DNA of 64,000 nucleotides, taken from NCBI RefSeq assembly GCF_009914755.1, contig NC_060927.1; one strand, 5' to 3'. Positions 1 through 14,499 of this stretch are shown here, one piece after another (within the stretch, counting starts at the first letter, position 1; each line of letters begins with the position of its first letter). The notes below the pieces were generated by a model. It made no database searches. It saw only the letters and a program-made list of their open reading frames with translations, and was not told the DNA's origin. The position numbers were made by a program, and so were the translations under genes. The DNA comes from the human T2T-CHM13v2.0 reference genome, Homo sapiens.

Positions 1-24
1 CATTCATTCATTCATTCATTCATT
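1..24. repeat. (CATT)n microsatellite, may extend beyond the window start
   Basis: Six CATT units seen directly; possibly an L2/MIR-type tail. Confidence 0.9.
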
Positions 25-238
25 CTGAGCCAGGATTCAAGTCCTAGTCCCTCTTACTAGGGCAGAAAAAGTATAAGCTCTCGAGAAGAAATTATATTCT
101 TCTACCCTCCCCTCCCTGTTCTTCAACTTCAGTCATTCACCTGCTCTCTGGTATGGTTTCTGCCACTTCTGTGTATTACAGGTACCAACTTTCACTCAAT
201 GCTCTTTTCACCTTTTTACAATAGCCTCACACTAAGCA

Positions 239-732
<494 letters not shown>

Positions 733-989
733 CAGTAATAACTTTAGGATAAAGAGTTTGCTAGGACTAGTTTTTCCTGAATTACATTACAATTACTCCT
801 TGACTATTAAAACACATACCCATACGTATGCATTTACACGTATTTTTCCATCTACAATAGTCTCCTCCAACATTTGGGAAAACTGGATCAGAGATGAAGG
901 AAGACTTTCTTCCAGGGATAGAGGCTCCCCTCAGGCAGAATGACATTGCAGAGTCCCTGGAGGGCTCCTAACTTTTACTAGGCACTCAG

Positions 990-1180
990 TGGTGTCATGC
1001 TCTGTGCTTTATTTATTACAATACCCCTTTGAGGAGGTATTCATATAATGTATTTTGCAGGGGAGGACCCAGGTACAGGGAGCTTAAGTCAATAGGACAA
1101 GGTCACATAGCTAGCAAAAGGCAGAAGTCGTGTTCAAATGCAGGTCCATCTGGGCACCAGATCCATTCTTGGAACCGCTG
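990..1180 (-). mobile_element. MIR fragment
   Basis: TTTTGCAGGGGAGGACCCAGG...AAGGTCACATAGCTAGCAAAAGGCAGA resembles the reverse MIR core. Confidence 0.6.
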
Positions 1181-2482
1181 AATCATACATCATCTTTGCA
1201 ACACGTAAGCGATCCATGCTTTGTTTTACAATATACTTCTTTCCTAAGGTGGTAATCCGAGAGCTTTTATTTACTTATTTTATTTACTAATCTAAAAACT
1301 GCACACACCCACCTTCCCTTCAATATTCCCAAGTAACAAGCTTGTTGAGAAACCCTACTGAAAACAAGCTGAGCCTTCTTTTCATTACTCAGTGATTTTT
1401 AAGTGTTGCTAGTTTTTATACCATTAGACTTTTATTTTCATAATTATAGGCTGCCATGGGCTTCTTCCAAAGCCCCCTGCCAAGTCTTCATTCCTACATA
1501 CAGGTGCTAATTGCTTTCTTAGCACCACTGGTTATTCTCTGAACCTTTGGATTTCACCACCTACAATAGGACCCTGGGTTTTTCTCCCCTTCAGTAACCC
1601 TTAGCACAATGGTCACAGTCACTCCATGGCTGACTTGGTTCTGGCCCACAAGTCTCATCTCCTCATTCTCAAAGCGGAGTCAAGTTAATTCTGTGCCCGT
1701 GCTGCGTCCTGTTCTCTCTCAATTCTTGGTCGTGGTGCTTGATCCTCAGGTTAAAGCAACTGAACTCTAGTAGCTTTGAAACAAACTTGTATGTTTCCTC
1801 CTCCCCTCCATATAGTGTGAACTATATATAACTTAAACATTAACAATAATAGCAAACTTTTATTGAGTTCCTATCAGTCTCCACACCAAAGCCTCTCAAC
1901 AAATTTATTTCGTAAAAAACAAACAAAAACGAGCAAACCTCCCTGTGGAGGAGTACCGATTTTATCCCCCTTCCGCTATCTTCCAGAAGACAGCACTGAG
2001 GTTCACAGAGGAGAATCCATTCTTCCTGGTTCCAGAGTCCGTACTCTAAAGACCCACTACCCACTATCCCTCTTGTGAAAACTGTCCCAACCTGATCCTG
2101 ATGCAAAATGATGGCAAATAAAAGGCAGTAGATAGATTTTTACAGTAAAAGAGAAACAGAAGATAATTAACTTGAGTTGTGAAAAGAATTCAAGAAGGGA
2201 GATGCTTCCTTTCAAGACATATAATCTGCTCCTGTATGTCTTTCACTTGTTCTTCAAGGAATCTTCGAAATGTTCCCCTCACAAAGTTTCTCCTTATGCT
2301 CATATCCCTCCTAAGCCATCCATGAGGGTACCCATGAAGGCCCAGTTCACCGGAGCTGCCTGACGTACTGATTATCCCTCTCTAAAGCATCCTCTTTTGG
2401 ACAACAAATTATATGTCCACCCAAACCATAATCTCCATGAGGGCAGGGATGTGCCTTATTCTCCTTTTTATCTCTCACCAGG

Positions 2483-2807
2483 ATTTTTATTTTATTTTAT
2501 TTTATTTTATTTTATTTTATTTTATTTTATTTGACAGGGTCTTGCTCTGCCACCCAAGCTGGAGTGCAGTGTGTGGTCTTGGCTGAAAACTCCGGCTCCC
2601 AGGTTCAAGCAATTCTCTTGCCTCAGCCTCTTGAATAGCTGGGATTACAGGCATGCACCACCATGCCTGGCTAATTTTTGTATTTTTAGTAGAGACGGGG
2701 TTTCACCATTTTGGCCAGACTGGTCTCGAACTCCTGACCTCAAGGGATCTGTTTGCCTAGGCCTCCCAAAGTGCTGGGATTACAGGAATGAGCCACCACG
2801 CCCAGCC
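2483..2807 (-). mobile_element. Alu (S/J) with (TTTTA)n tail
   Basis: Reverse Alu ending GAGCCACCACGCCCAGCC; AGGATTTT on both flanks. Confidence 0.95.
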
Positions 2808-3961
2808 AGGATTTTCCGATTTTAAATCAGTACTGGAGTAATGCTTGCTAAGAAGTCTTCCCCCCAAGCTAGGTAGAATTTCGTCATTACTAAGTCCTTC
2901 ATAGCATTTTGTGTTCGTCTCTCTTACAGAAATTATCACATGCCAACTTTAATAGTTCACAGACCATATATGCCATGCCTCTGTGGCAGGCCTGAGTCTC
3001 CACTCATCTTTGTATCCCTAGATACCTGATTAGATACTTTATCCAGTGACGTGGTTAACTACATGCTGACCAACTGAACTCAATATTCTTTTGATATCCT
3101 CATTTTGCAGGCAAACTCTTACTGTCCTGCCAATGGAACAGAAAATTTGAGAGTTGTGAGATCAATGATACACCAAGTGCTGGAGGAAAGAAGACAGAGT
3201 ATCTGTACCTGGAGAACAGGAGAAAGTTTAGAAACAGGGCTAAAGGACTAGGAGGTATTATCTAGGTATAAATGTCTGGGTATTAGGGATGGGAGAGAGT
3301 TGAGAGAACCTCCCAGGAAGAGGGAAAAGACAGGGCAGATACAAGACAGTCTGCACGCAGAATGGTGTGAGTAGGTTGTGTGGCTCCTGATGGCTGAAGT
3401 TTAAAATCAGAAGGGAGATTTGAGTAGACGCTTACTTCTCAACAGGCTGTTCTGTTAAATACCAGAGCAACAGTAAATAAGCATTTAATTCAAAACTTGC
3501 CCTCTTAAAACAGCGACTTTGGGATCATCAAAACTGCATTGTAACTGAAGATAACAGACGGACAGGGGAGCAAATAGATGACCTCAGGACAGCTTATTTG
3601 GGGCTGAGACAGAATACAGCATTCTCTCTCCACTTTTGCACTTCCCTCAGCAGATCTACAGAACTGCAGAGGACCAAGTCCTGACCAGGAATGTGACCAT
3701 ACCAAAGGGAAAACAGTCATTTCAACATTTCTGTGGGTGCCTGTGCTGAAGGGACCCAGTGAGGCTGGGCGCTCTGTTTATAAAACATAATACGAATCAT
3801 GGGACTAAGCTATTTAGCAGAGCAGCAATGGGACAGCCCCACAGGGAGAGAAAGGGTGAGGAGATGTTAACAAATGGTCTCAGGGGAATCCATTTGGGGA
3901 AGAAGGTCCCAGTGGTGAAGAAGGACCAGAGGACTTGTACAACAGAGCTGTCTTCTGTTCA

Positions 3962-4327
<366 letters not shown>

Positions 4328-5999
4328 TTACCCTAAGCCTTTACTGTTGCTGCACACAATGATTGCAGGATTAAAGCACTTTGGAAAAATGAAAAACTGG
4401 GAACGTGTCCAGGCTGAAAGGAAGCATGGAGGGAAAACAACAGTTGGTTGTCTCTCGAGACTAGATATAGAGGAAGGAGGGAGAATCAGGAAGGGGACTT
4501 ATGGGGTCACATGGATGTGTCTAGGGATAAGAATGAGAAGCAAATAATCATACAGCCCTATGGCCTTGAGAAGTGCTGGTTTTGGAGCACGCATCTATCT
4601 GTGGACACTGATATCCCATCTTGTCTCTATTGTCACGCCACTTCTCTATGTGAATGTGAGCCATTATCTTCTCCTCTGGCTAGAACATCTATCTACCTAA
4701 CGTAGTAAATGAATCAAATTTAATTTAAAGGAAAATCAAAAGTCATTTCCATGCACTGACATAAGAAAGCACTTAATCTCAATAAACTAGCAGTTAGGAT
4801 GATGGGAAAATCTACAAGGGCTCAGAGGTATGCAGCAAATCAAAATTCTCCCCATTTGTATAATGGAACAAAGCCAAAGTAAGCTTTCTTCCTGGCCTAA
4901 ACCACATAACCTAACACCTGTTAGAAAAATGGGCTGGGGCAATGAGCTGTGACCACCGGTGATTCAAAGGAATCCCTAAACTCTCCCCACCAGTTTCACA
5001 GAACTGCATTGGAAAATGACTTTTACCAAGATTCTTAATAAAATCAACATCTTTGCCTGTTTCATACATTATTAGATTTTATGGCATGCATTTCAGAACT
5101 CTAATACCTTAACTCTGTCTACAAGTGAGGTGGGATTCCCGAAGGACCACCATCCCACCTCTGAAAATATTTTCATTACCCAAGTCAGAGGAAGTGAAGA
5201 AATGAAAGCTTCCTGAATCTGGCCAGCTAAATAGCTTGATTCAAGTGTGTTATGTTTTCATTATTTACATTTCCCTTGGAATTTGAGGGCTGTCTTCAAA
5301 TTTTGTGACACCTGTATTTTTTTCACCTACTTCTGTTCAGTGATTTCCTGGAAGAAGGAAGAACACGGCTGAAATGAACAATCAACGAACACTGATTTAA
5401 TCTATACCACATTTACCTCCAATTAGGTAAATCATGGATCACTGTTTAAAAATATTTTTACAAGGCCATTGGATAAAAACAAGTATTAGGTATCAGTCAG
5501 TGCTCTGATTTGGGAAGAGCCATTTACGGTCTCTAAGCTTATGTCATCTCATCTGTAGAATGAAAGTGACTGATTCCCCACATGGCTTCCAACTCCAAGA
5601 ACTTCTGGAATGCTGTACTGACACTCATACAGAGCTGATTTGGGGTTAATTATTGTTTTTCATTTCTGCTTCCTTTTCTTGATGGATTTTATCAAAAAGT
5701 GAACCATTTTAAAAAGCAATTACTGGACATTTTTTAAGAACTGCAGGGGAGCTGGAGATAGTTGCAAGAGGGAGACCTATTAGGTTTCCTTTTTCTTTTA
5801 CTACCACTTAACTTTTTCCTCCAAGCCTCTTGCCTCACAATAAACATAAAAACAGATGACCCTATCACTCCAGACTGTCCTTCATAATGGCAACAACAAC
5901 AATAATACAAGCTTTTAATTTTTGAACTCCCACTGTACGGCAGACCTTTATCTCATTATTGGAAGGAGTATAAAGTAAGGCATGAAACCACTGGCTCTG

Positions 6000-6305
6000 A
6001 CATACTGTATGATCCCATTTATGTAAAATGTCCAGAATAGACAAATCCACAGACACAGAGCAAAGAAAATTAGTGGTTGCCAGGGACATTAAGCATAGGA
6101 GAATGAGGGTGACTTCTTAACCAGCACAGGGCTTTCTTTTGGGAAGACGAAAATGTTCTGGAACTATTAATAGACAGGAGTAGTTATGATTGTATGACCT
6201 TGGGAATACACTAAAAAAGCCACTGAATTGCATACTGTTAAAAGGTGAATTTTTTTGGTATGTGAATTATATCTACTAAAAAGATAAAATTTAAAAAAAT
6301 AAAAC
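6000..6305 (+). mobile_element. L1M (L1MB/ME-like) 3' end fragment
   Basis: CATACTGTATGATCCCATTTATGTAAAATGTCCAGAATAGACAAATCC...GTATGTGAATTATATCT followed by an A-rich tail. Confidence 0.85.
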
Positions 6306-6314
6306 ACACATCCA

Positions 6315-6450
6315 TGGCTCTGGATGGAGATTGTCCAGGTTCAAATCCCAGCCCTACCGCTTCTCAGCTTTTCTAAGCCTAAGTTTCTACATGTATAAAA
6401 TGGGAGAAATGACAAATACCTCACAAGGAAATTAGAGGACTAAATAATGC
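6315..6450 (+). mobile_element. MIR
   Basis: GGTTCAAATCCCAGCCCTACC...CTAAGCCTAAGTTTCTACATGTATAAAATGGGAG. Confidence 0.7.
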
Positions 6451-6649
6451 TACGACTTTTAGGTACAAAGGCCAATTTATAGCGTGTTTTAAAAATATTC
6501 TTACGAGACCCTTGAATAAAACAATATTAGATACCAACCAGTTCTTTGATTTGAGAAGAGCCACTCCTGGTCTCTAAGCTTAAGTCATTTTGTCTGCAGA
6601 ATGAAGGGGACTGGTTCCCTACATGAGCATCCCATAAATTTTCCTATTC

Positions 6650-7265
<616 letters not shown>

Positions 7266-7405
7266 TTACCCAAGATGGGAGAAGAACAACAGTGCCCAGG
7301 GATTAAGGAAATTAAGGAACAGGTGTACACAGTAAAAGTATAAAAGTAGATATTTTTACCACATAATTCAGAACCTTCTGTCTTTAGAAGGGGACTTTCC
7401 TATCA

Positions 7406-7786
<381 letters not shown>

Positions 7787-7849
7787 TTAAGTGTAATCGG
7801 CCACTCACCTCTATGCCAAATACCATATTTTACTTAAGATTTCAAATCT

Positions 7850-8052
7850 CGTTGTTCAATACCGTGGCCACTAGCCACATGTAGCTAAATTTAAATATAT
7901 TAAAATTGAATAACGTTAAAATTTTGGTTCCTCAGTTCACACCACCACATTTCTAGTTCACAAGAGCCACACGCGGCCACTGGCTGCCATAATGAACAGA
8001 CCAGATAACAGAGCATGTCTTTCAATGCAGAAAGTTTTAAGGGACAGCACTA
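7850..8052. mobile_element. MER33/MER3 hAT-Charlie DNA transposon relic
   Basis: GCCACTAGCCACATGTAGCTA...CCTCAGTTCACACCACCACATTTC...GCAGAAAGTTTTAAGGGACAGCACT. Confidence 0.8.
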
Positions 8053-8489
8053 ATCTAAATATAAAATCACATCATTCACAGTCAAATAATAAGAGAAAAT
8101 GCAACATTTTATTTCATATCCTAAAAAGAGATTTGGTATCCAAGTGAATACCTGGAACTACTATAAATGCTCACCTAAGTTGTAAGATGACATTATAATT
8201 TCTTATCTACACTTTAAAAATAACATTATCTGATCATATTGCTCTGGTGTAAAGATTTTCCAGAAAAAAAATCACTTTCCGAGACTCCTTATTTTTAAAA
8301 ATCGCAGATAGCATAGGCAAACAGATAATGAACATGTAAGCTCACTGCATCTCAGTTTTGAAATGGATTCAATTCACTGGTCTTGAAAAGAAAAGTTCAG
8401 GACATTGGGGAAAACTCAGTTGCTCTGGTCTCTGAGTTAATAGCCTTATGAGTAGAATGCCTTTTTGTCCAAAGAATTCTCAAAATAGT

Positions 8490-8792
8490 ATTATTTTTGT
8501 TTATTTGTGTTTTTGAGATTGAATCTCACTCTGTCTGCTCAGGATGGATTGCAGTGGCATGATCTTGGCTGACTATGACCTCCCCATCCTGGGTTCAAGC
8601 AATTCTCCTGCCTGAGCCTCCTAAGTAGCTGGGATTACAGCCATAAACCACCACGTCTGGCTAATTTTTGTATTTTTAGTAGATACGAAGTTTCGCCATG
8701 TTGGCCAGGCTGGTCTTGAACTTTTGGCCTCAAGTGATCTGCCCTCCTTGACCTCCCAAAGTGATTACAGGCGTGAGCCACCACTCCTGGCC
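8490..8792 (-). mobile_element. Alu (S/J)
   Basis: Reverse Alu ending GAGCCACCACTCCTGGCC. Confidence 0.93.
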
Positions 8793-8953
8793 TTAAAATA
8801 TTTCAATAACCATTCTAATGTGAGCAGACATGGTAGTGGCAACAACTCGGAAATAAAATAATCTTATGAGGTTTGGTCAAATACGCCAATAAAGCTCCTC
8901 TGCCATCTTGCCTCTGAGCCATGCTCATATTTGTGAAATGGGAGGAAAAATTT

Positions 8954-8999
8954 TTCTCCTTCTTTGCAGATATATTATTCTCCTTCTTTGCAGATATAT
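8954..8999 (+). repeat. Tandem duplication, 24-bp period (TTCTCCTTCTTTGCAGATATAT x2)
   Basis: Exact 22-nt copies at 8954 and 8978. Confidence 0.9.
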
Positions 9000-9134
9000 A
9001 TGTGTGTATATATGTGTGTATATGTACACATACACATACACAGAAGCGCACACATATCCAATAGAAGTTGGTATCTATCATCCAGTACTTCAGTTTTTAA
9101 GTATAACTGACACACATATACATATAAATTCAAT

Positions 9135-9345
9135 TAATTATTTTACAGTCTGAACACTTTCATGTAACCAACGCCCAGATCCAGAAATACAGTATTACCA
9201 ACACCTCAGAGTCTACCTGCCGCAGCCTTCCAGGTACCCTCAAGGGTAACCAACAACCTGACTTCTAGCACCACTGGTGAACTTTGACAGTTTCCACATC
9301 TTACATATGTGGCACTCTTTTGTGTCTAGCTTTTATCACTGAACA
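9135..9345 (-). mobile_element. L1ME-like 3' fragment
   Basis: CATGTAACCAACGCCCAGATCCAGAAATACAGTATTACCAACACCTCAGA...CTCTTTTGTGTCTAGCTT. Confidence 0.65.
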
Positions 9346-9414
9346 AGACACCATCTAGTTTTGACAGATCTTCGCCACAAGGCAGCCATTTAATGCTTTC
9401 CTGCCTTATAGAAT

Positions 9415-9538
9415 AACTAATCCTTATTGAGCACATATTATGTGTCAAGTGCTTTACGTGCCTTGACTCCTTTAATTCCCCCAAACAAGCTTATCAGTAA
9501 AGTATTATTATTATCCCTATTAAATAGATGAGCACATT
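9415..9538 (-). mobile_element. MIR
   Basis: TTATTGAGCACATATTATGTGTCAAGTGCTTTAC...TATTATTATCCCTATTAAATAGATGAG. Confidence 0.7.
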
Positions 9539-9725
9539 GATGTGTAAAATTGGCTAGGCTATAGTTCCCACTTATTCAGTTACATACTAATCTAGGTATT
9601 CCTGTGAAAGGATTTTACAGATGTAATTCAAGTCTCTAATCATTTGACTTTAAGTTAGGGAGATTATCCTGGGTGGACCTGATTTAATCAACTGAAGGCC
9701 TTAACCATAGGGCTGAGGCTTCCAG
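9539..9725 (+). mobile_element. MLT2 (ERVL) LTR 5' fragment
   Basis: CTAATCTAGGTATTCCTGTGAAAGGATTTTACAGATGTAATT...GATTATCCTGGGTGGACCTGATTTAATC. Confidence 0.7.
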
Positions 9726-10664
9726 GAGACAGGGAGCATAAAATAAGGAGGGAAGGGGGCATTTTTCTGGAGCAGATAACCATGAGCAACAATCATCCAT
9801 TAACTTATACATGCCAATAACAGATGTCACACCAACTCAAAGACAAGGCTCTTCAGTTCATTCTTGAATAGGAACTTGTAGTAGAAATGGTATGTGCCAC
9901 ATTATTTTTCAAGCCAGCCCTGATGTCATTTGTTCATGCACACTGTCCCTGTAAGAACACTCTCATTTTTCAAGTCCTGCATCATATTTCAAGTTGGGAA
10001 AAATAAGGTCACTCTACACATGGTAGGGTGATGGAGGTGTTTTTGGACAGCCAGACTTTTCAGATTTACTCATCTTTAAAAGCAATCTCAGTGAAAGGCT
10101 TCTCTTGAGTGGATCTAAATAGATCTCAAGTAAACCTAGGAGATTTTTTAAGAACAGGAGCAATTTCTTCCATTATCTTATCCCCCTTAACATATATCAT
10201 TGAGCAGGACTGAAGGGAAGTCTTGGTAAGTACAGATGCATGTTATCATTTGTCTCCTCTTTTTCTATTGAAGGCTGATTTTAAGGATTTTCCATTTTCA
10301 GAGGTGAAATTAAATGGAATCCTTAGTTTTCCCTTCCAACCCTCAAGACTTCCTCCTCAAGTCTTCTCCATCTCAATTATTAGCGTCCCACATTCGCTGG
10401 GTTTCCTGGGCCAGACTCAGTAGTGATCAGCAAGTCAGTTCTGCCTCCAGGGATATCCCAAAGCTAAAATCTTATCTCCATCTCCATCTCCAGTATAAGC
10501 ACCCTTGTTCTGACCATTCTGTTTGCTAAACACAGACAAGGAGACCTGAGTGATCTCCTGGCTTCCACTCCTGCCCCTCTAAAGCCATGTCATATACAAC
10601 AGAGAGCTCATTTTAAAGCTGCAAATGTAGTAATATCACTCTCCTGCGTACAACTCCAAATGAG

Positions 10665-10965
10665 ACTGGATATGTGATGACACTAAGGAAATACTGTCAA
10701 CTTTTAGAAGTGATAATGATACTATGGCTATAGTTTTTAAAAGAGTTCTGATGTTCTAGAGATCTATGGTGACAAATGACAGCATGCCTCCTTCAAATAA
10801 CACTGTGCAGTGGTGGTGACTGGGAAGGGGTGCAGCTGGAGAGAAGGGATAGGTAAAATAAGATAGACCATGAGCTGATAATTATTGAAACTCGGCAATG
10901 GGTACATTGGGAGTCACTATACTTTTCTATTTTCATATCTTATAACATTTTTATAATAAAAAACT
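10665..10965 (+). mobile_element. L1MC-like 3' end
   Basis: GACTGGATATGTGATGACACTAAGGAA...GATAATTATTGAAACTCGGCAATGGGTACAT...ATAATAAAAAA. Confidence 0.7.
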
Positions 10966-11432
10966 ATTAAATCCCCAATGACTCCTGACTGCACTTAGAG
11001 AGTAAAATCTTAAGAACTTGTATGGCTCAAAAGGTATTTAATGATCTGACTGATGCCTGGCAATCCATGATTTTATCCAGTACCCAGCTTTGTCCATTAA
11101 CTGCCAAACAGCTGTAACAGCCATCCCGTGCCTTCCAGCCCTTTGCCACCATAGGACCTTCAGACAGGCTCTTTTCAGCCTTAGAGGGCTCCTCCCCAAG
11201 ATGTGCCAGATGTGCCCAGTGTTGGGCTCCTTCTCCTTCAGGTGTCCACTCCAACAAACTCCTCAGAGAGGGCCTCCTCCACCATGCTACCTAAAGCACC
11301 TTCCCTCCCCGCTCTCCTCCTGCCCACCCCTCTGCACCCTTACCACTCTACCTATTTTCTTTCATTATTTCTTCATAATCCTTATCACTTTTTGAAATCA
11401 TCTTTTCTCTTAAGTCCTTTTGAAAAATAAGC

Positions 11433-11802
11433 TGATATAGTTTGGCTGTGTCCCCACTCAAAACTCATCTTGAATTGTAGCTCCCATAATTCCCATGTGT
11501 CATGGGAGGGAGCCGGTGGCAGGTAATTGAATCATGGGGGCAGGTCTTTCCCATGCTGTTCTCGTGATAGTGAGTAAGTCCCACAGGATCTGATGGTTTT
11601 ATGAAGGGGAGTCCCCCTGTACATGCCCCCTGTACTTACATCTTGCCTGCCGCCATGTAAGATGTGCCTTTGCTCCTTTATCTTCTGCCATGAGTGTGAG
11701 GCCTCCCCAACCACGTGGAACTGTGAATCCATTAAACCTCCTTCCTTTACAAATTACGTCTCAGGTACATCTTTATTAGCAGCATGAGAACAGATTAACA
11801 GA
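11433..11802 (+). mobile_element. THE1 (C/D) MaLR solo LTR
   Basis: TGATATAGTTTGGCTGTGTCCCCAC...TTTATTAGCAGCATGAGAACAGATTAA. Confidence 0.92.
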
Positions 11803-13014
11803 CAAGTCACTTATTATCAATATACTCCCCATACTAGAATACATGCTCTGAGATCATTGGGACCTTGTCTGTCCAGTTCACTTGCATGCTTCCAGTGCCT
11901 ATGATAGTGCCTAGCATAAAAGTAGGATTCCAATGATGACACATTACACAAATCCTTTAAATCAGACCAGACAATTAAAGCTGTGTACATAGCACAGGGA
12001 CAACAAAAAATAATAATAATTAATGCCTTGGAAAGTGAAATTATCCTTACATGTATATATCTGTAGTATTAATGAATAGTTAACACTAACGGATTTCATT
12101 TGAATTAAACATATGTCAACATAATGAATAACTACTTACACATATTAACACAATTAATGAATAATTAATACCTGTGAGTTTTCTCTGAATTGCATTCAAT
12201 ATATCCATACACAATACATGCACATACACATATAGTCTTTATTTCATTATTCTGATACCGAATATATAACACCATTGTTGGCTTATATGTAAGGAATATG
12301 ACAGTTTATGATTGCTATATCTCGAGCAGGAGATTTTGCTAAATGTATTGTTGCCAGAGCTTAGATTTTAAAATTCATTTCTAAGTCTTAGCTGGTGTTA
12401 AACCATGTCAGCATAATAAGCAAGTTTTGATTTCCTTTCAGATGTTCCTGGCTGCTGAAAGAATTGATTTTGAAGATTTTCCCATTGACCTATAGGGCTG
12501 TGAAGAAGAGATAGCTCTTCTTAATCTCAAAGATCCAAACTGAGCTTACATTCCCCAGCCTTTGTTTGGATGTCACCTTCAGAGCTTGCTTCATTATGTG
12601 TCTCAGGAGAAACACAGAAGTATTAGTGATAGGACACTGACTGGTAGACTTTAATCCTTCTTTGAGATGTTGTTTAATAATGATGGTTTAGTATCACATT
12701 CGAGGATAACTGTAGTTAGTTAATATTTTTACTTTTAATATACCTACTTTCCCAAGTACAAATTTATCCTGGGGCTACGTAGGTGACCCAAGAGCATCAG
12801 GAGCAGTTTCGAACAAGGTGTAACTTCTCAACGTTACATGGAGTAAGAGAGAGATTCAAAAATCACATCCAAACTCAAACATCATTTCAAAGGTCCTTTC
12901 CCATCTTCCTCTCCCCAAAAACAACTAAAACATGGCATATTGCATCTTTCAACCATGGTCAAAATCCTTCTCTGTTAAGTAGATTCTATGTATTTTTAAA
13001 TATCTATGCTTTTG

Positions 13015-13320
13015 TTTGTTTTTTGTTTTTTTTTTTTTTTGAGACAGAGTCTCACTCTCTCACCCAGGCTCGAGTGCAATGGCGTGGTCTCGGCTCACTG
13101 CAACCTCCGCCTCCTGGGTTCAAATGATTCTTCTGCCTCAACCTCCTGAGTAGCTGGGATTACAGGCACCCATAACCAAGCCCAGCTAATTTCTGTATTT
13201 TTTAGTAGAGGCAGGGTTTCACCGTGATGGCCAGGCTGGTCTCGAACTCCTGACCTCGTGATCTGCTGGCCTCAGCCCCCAAAGTGCTAGGATTACAGGC
13301 GTGAGCCACCGTGCCCGGCC
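13015..13320 (-). mobile_element. AluS
   Basis: Reverse dimer; TSD ATATCTATGCTTTT on both sides. Confidence 0.96.
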
Positions 13321-14039
13321 ATATCTATGCTTTTAAGTATTGTTTTCCTTCTCAGACGTTTGAGAAACTCAAGAAGGAAACATTGTATACAGACTCAGAC
13401 TTAACCTCAATGTGAACATACACAGCAACATCATTGACAGTCTACAGTTACATGATCTCAATGGCAAGTGTGGTCCACTGTGATGTCAATTTTATAAAGG
13501 GAAGCTTGAAAAACATCACAACAGAAAGAAAGCTGTCATGCTTGCTTTGATTAAAGAGGATGTAGTATGTTTCATAAACAGGTTAGTTCTCACAGGAAGG
13601 TTCAATAAATGGAAGCAAAAAGCAAAAACTCACAATGGAGATCCTCCCAGTGTTTGAATTTTAAAAAATAAAGGTCAGTTTATCACTAGAGCGTTCAATT
13701 GGCTCCAGGGTTCATAGGGTATTGTTAGACTAGAGCTCCTTTTGCTAAAAAACCCAGAGGACTTCTTGTATTTTGCTTCTAGCTATCTGGGTCTGCTTTT
13801 AATTCCTCAGACATACTCTTCTGCTGCACGTAGTTCTCACACCTCAAGACCCATGAGTTTGCTGTCTGCCCAAATGCATCTTCTCTATCTTTCAACATCC
13901 AAGTTGAATGCAACTTCTTTCAGAAAGCCTTCCATTTCCATGACTAGTACCTCATTTTCAAATCAATTCCATTGTTCTAAGTGGTTTGACCTTGCTGGGT
14001 TCATGCTTTAATTCCTCTGATTGTAACAATAAAAAGTAA

Positions 14040-14185
14040 TTTACTTTCTATGTGTTTGCCACACATACTAGATGAGGCCCTTGAGGACAAAGATAGCATC
14101 TCATTTGGGTCTGTGTCCCCAGAGACTTCCTCCTCAGAAAATGTTGAATGAAAGAATCAAATAAATAAAGGAATGATGAATGAAG
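14040..14185 (+). mobile_element. L2 3' end
   Basis: CTAGATGAGGCCCTTGAGGACAAAGA...AAATGTTGAATGAAAGAATCAAATAAAT. Confidence 0.6.
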
Positions 14186-14499
14186 CAAGCCAACAGCACC
14201 CTTCAACTCTCAGTTTGCTTCAAATCCCCACTACTACCCTTCCATTCTATCCCCAGTAGAATTTTTCTATTCTCTTTTCAGTCTTAAACACTGTTAAAAT
14301 TTCAAGGTAAGCATCACTGAAAACTGAAGTGCTGTGGCACAATGGGTTTTTCTAATGAATTATTTATCTGTAAGCAGTAGTTCATATTCACATATTTTTT
14401 AGAGACCAGTTGCCTTTCTTTGTGAATGGATATGTTCATGTATCCATCTATTAGATGCTATTGTCTTGTTTTGCAAGGCAATTGAGTGTTTTATTTCCT

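Larger units (their letters stand above)
5443..6632 (+). repeat. Diverged direct duplication of ~150 bp (5443-5590 and 6485-6632)
   Basis: Colinear shared words TTTAAAAATATT, TATTAG, GAAGAGCCA, GGTCTCTAAGCTTA, AGAATGAA, TTCCC-ACATG. Confidence 0.8.
10340..11935 (+). mobile_element. L2 3' region interrupted by an L1MC fragment and a THE1 LTR
   Basis: L2-like CTCCTGGCTTCCACTCCTGCCCCTC...ATCACTCTCCTGC; terminal GACCTTGTCTGTCCAGTTCAC...GTGCCTAGCATAAAAGTAGG. Confidence 0.65.
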
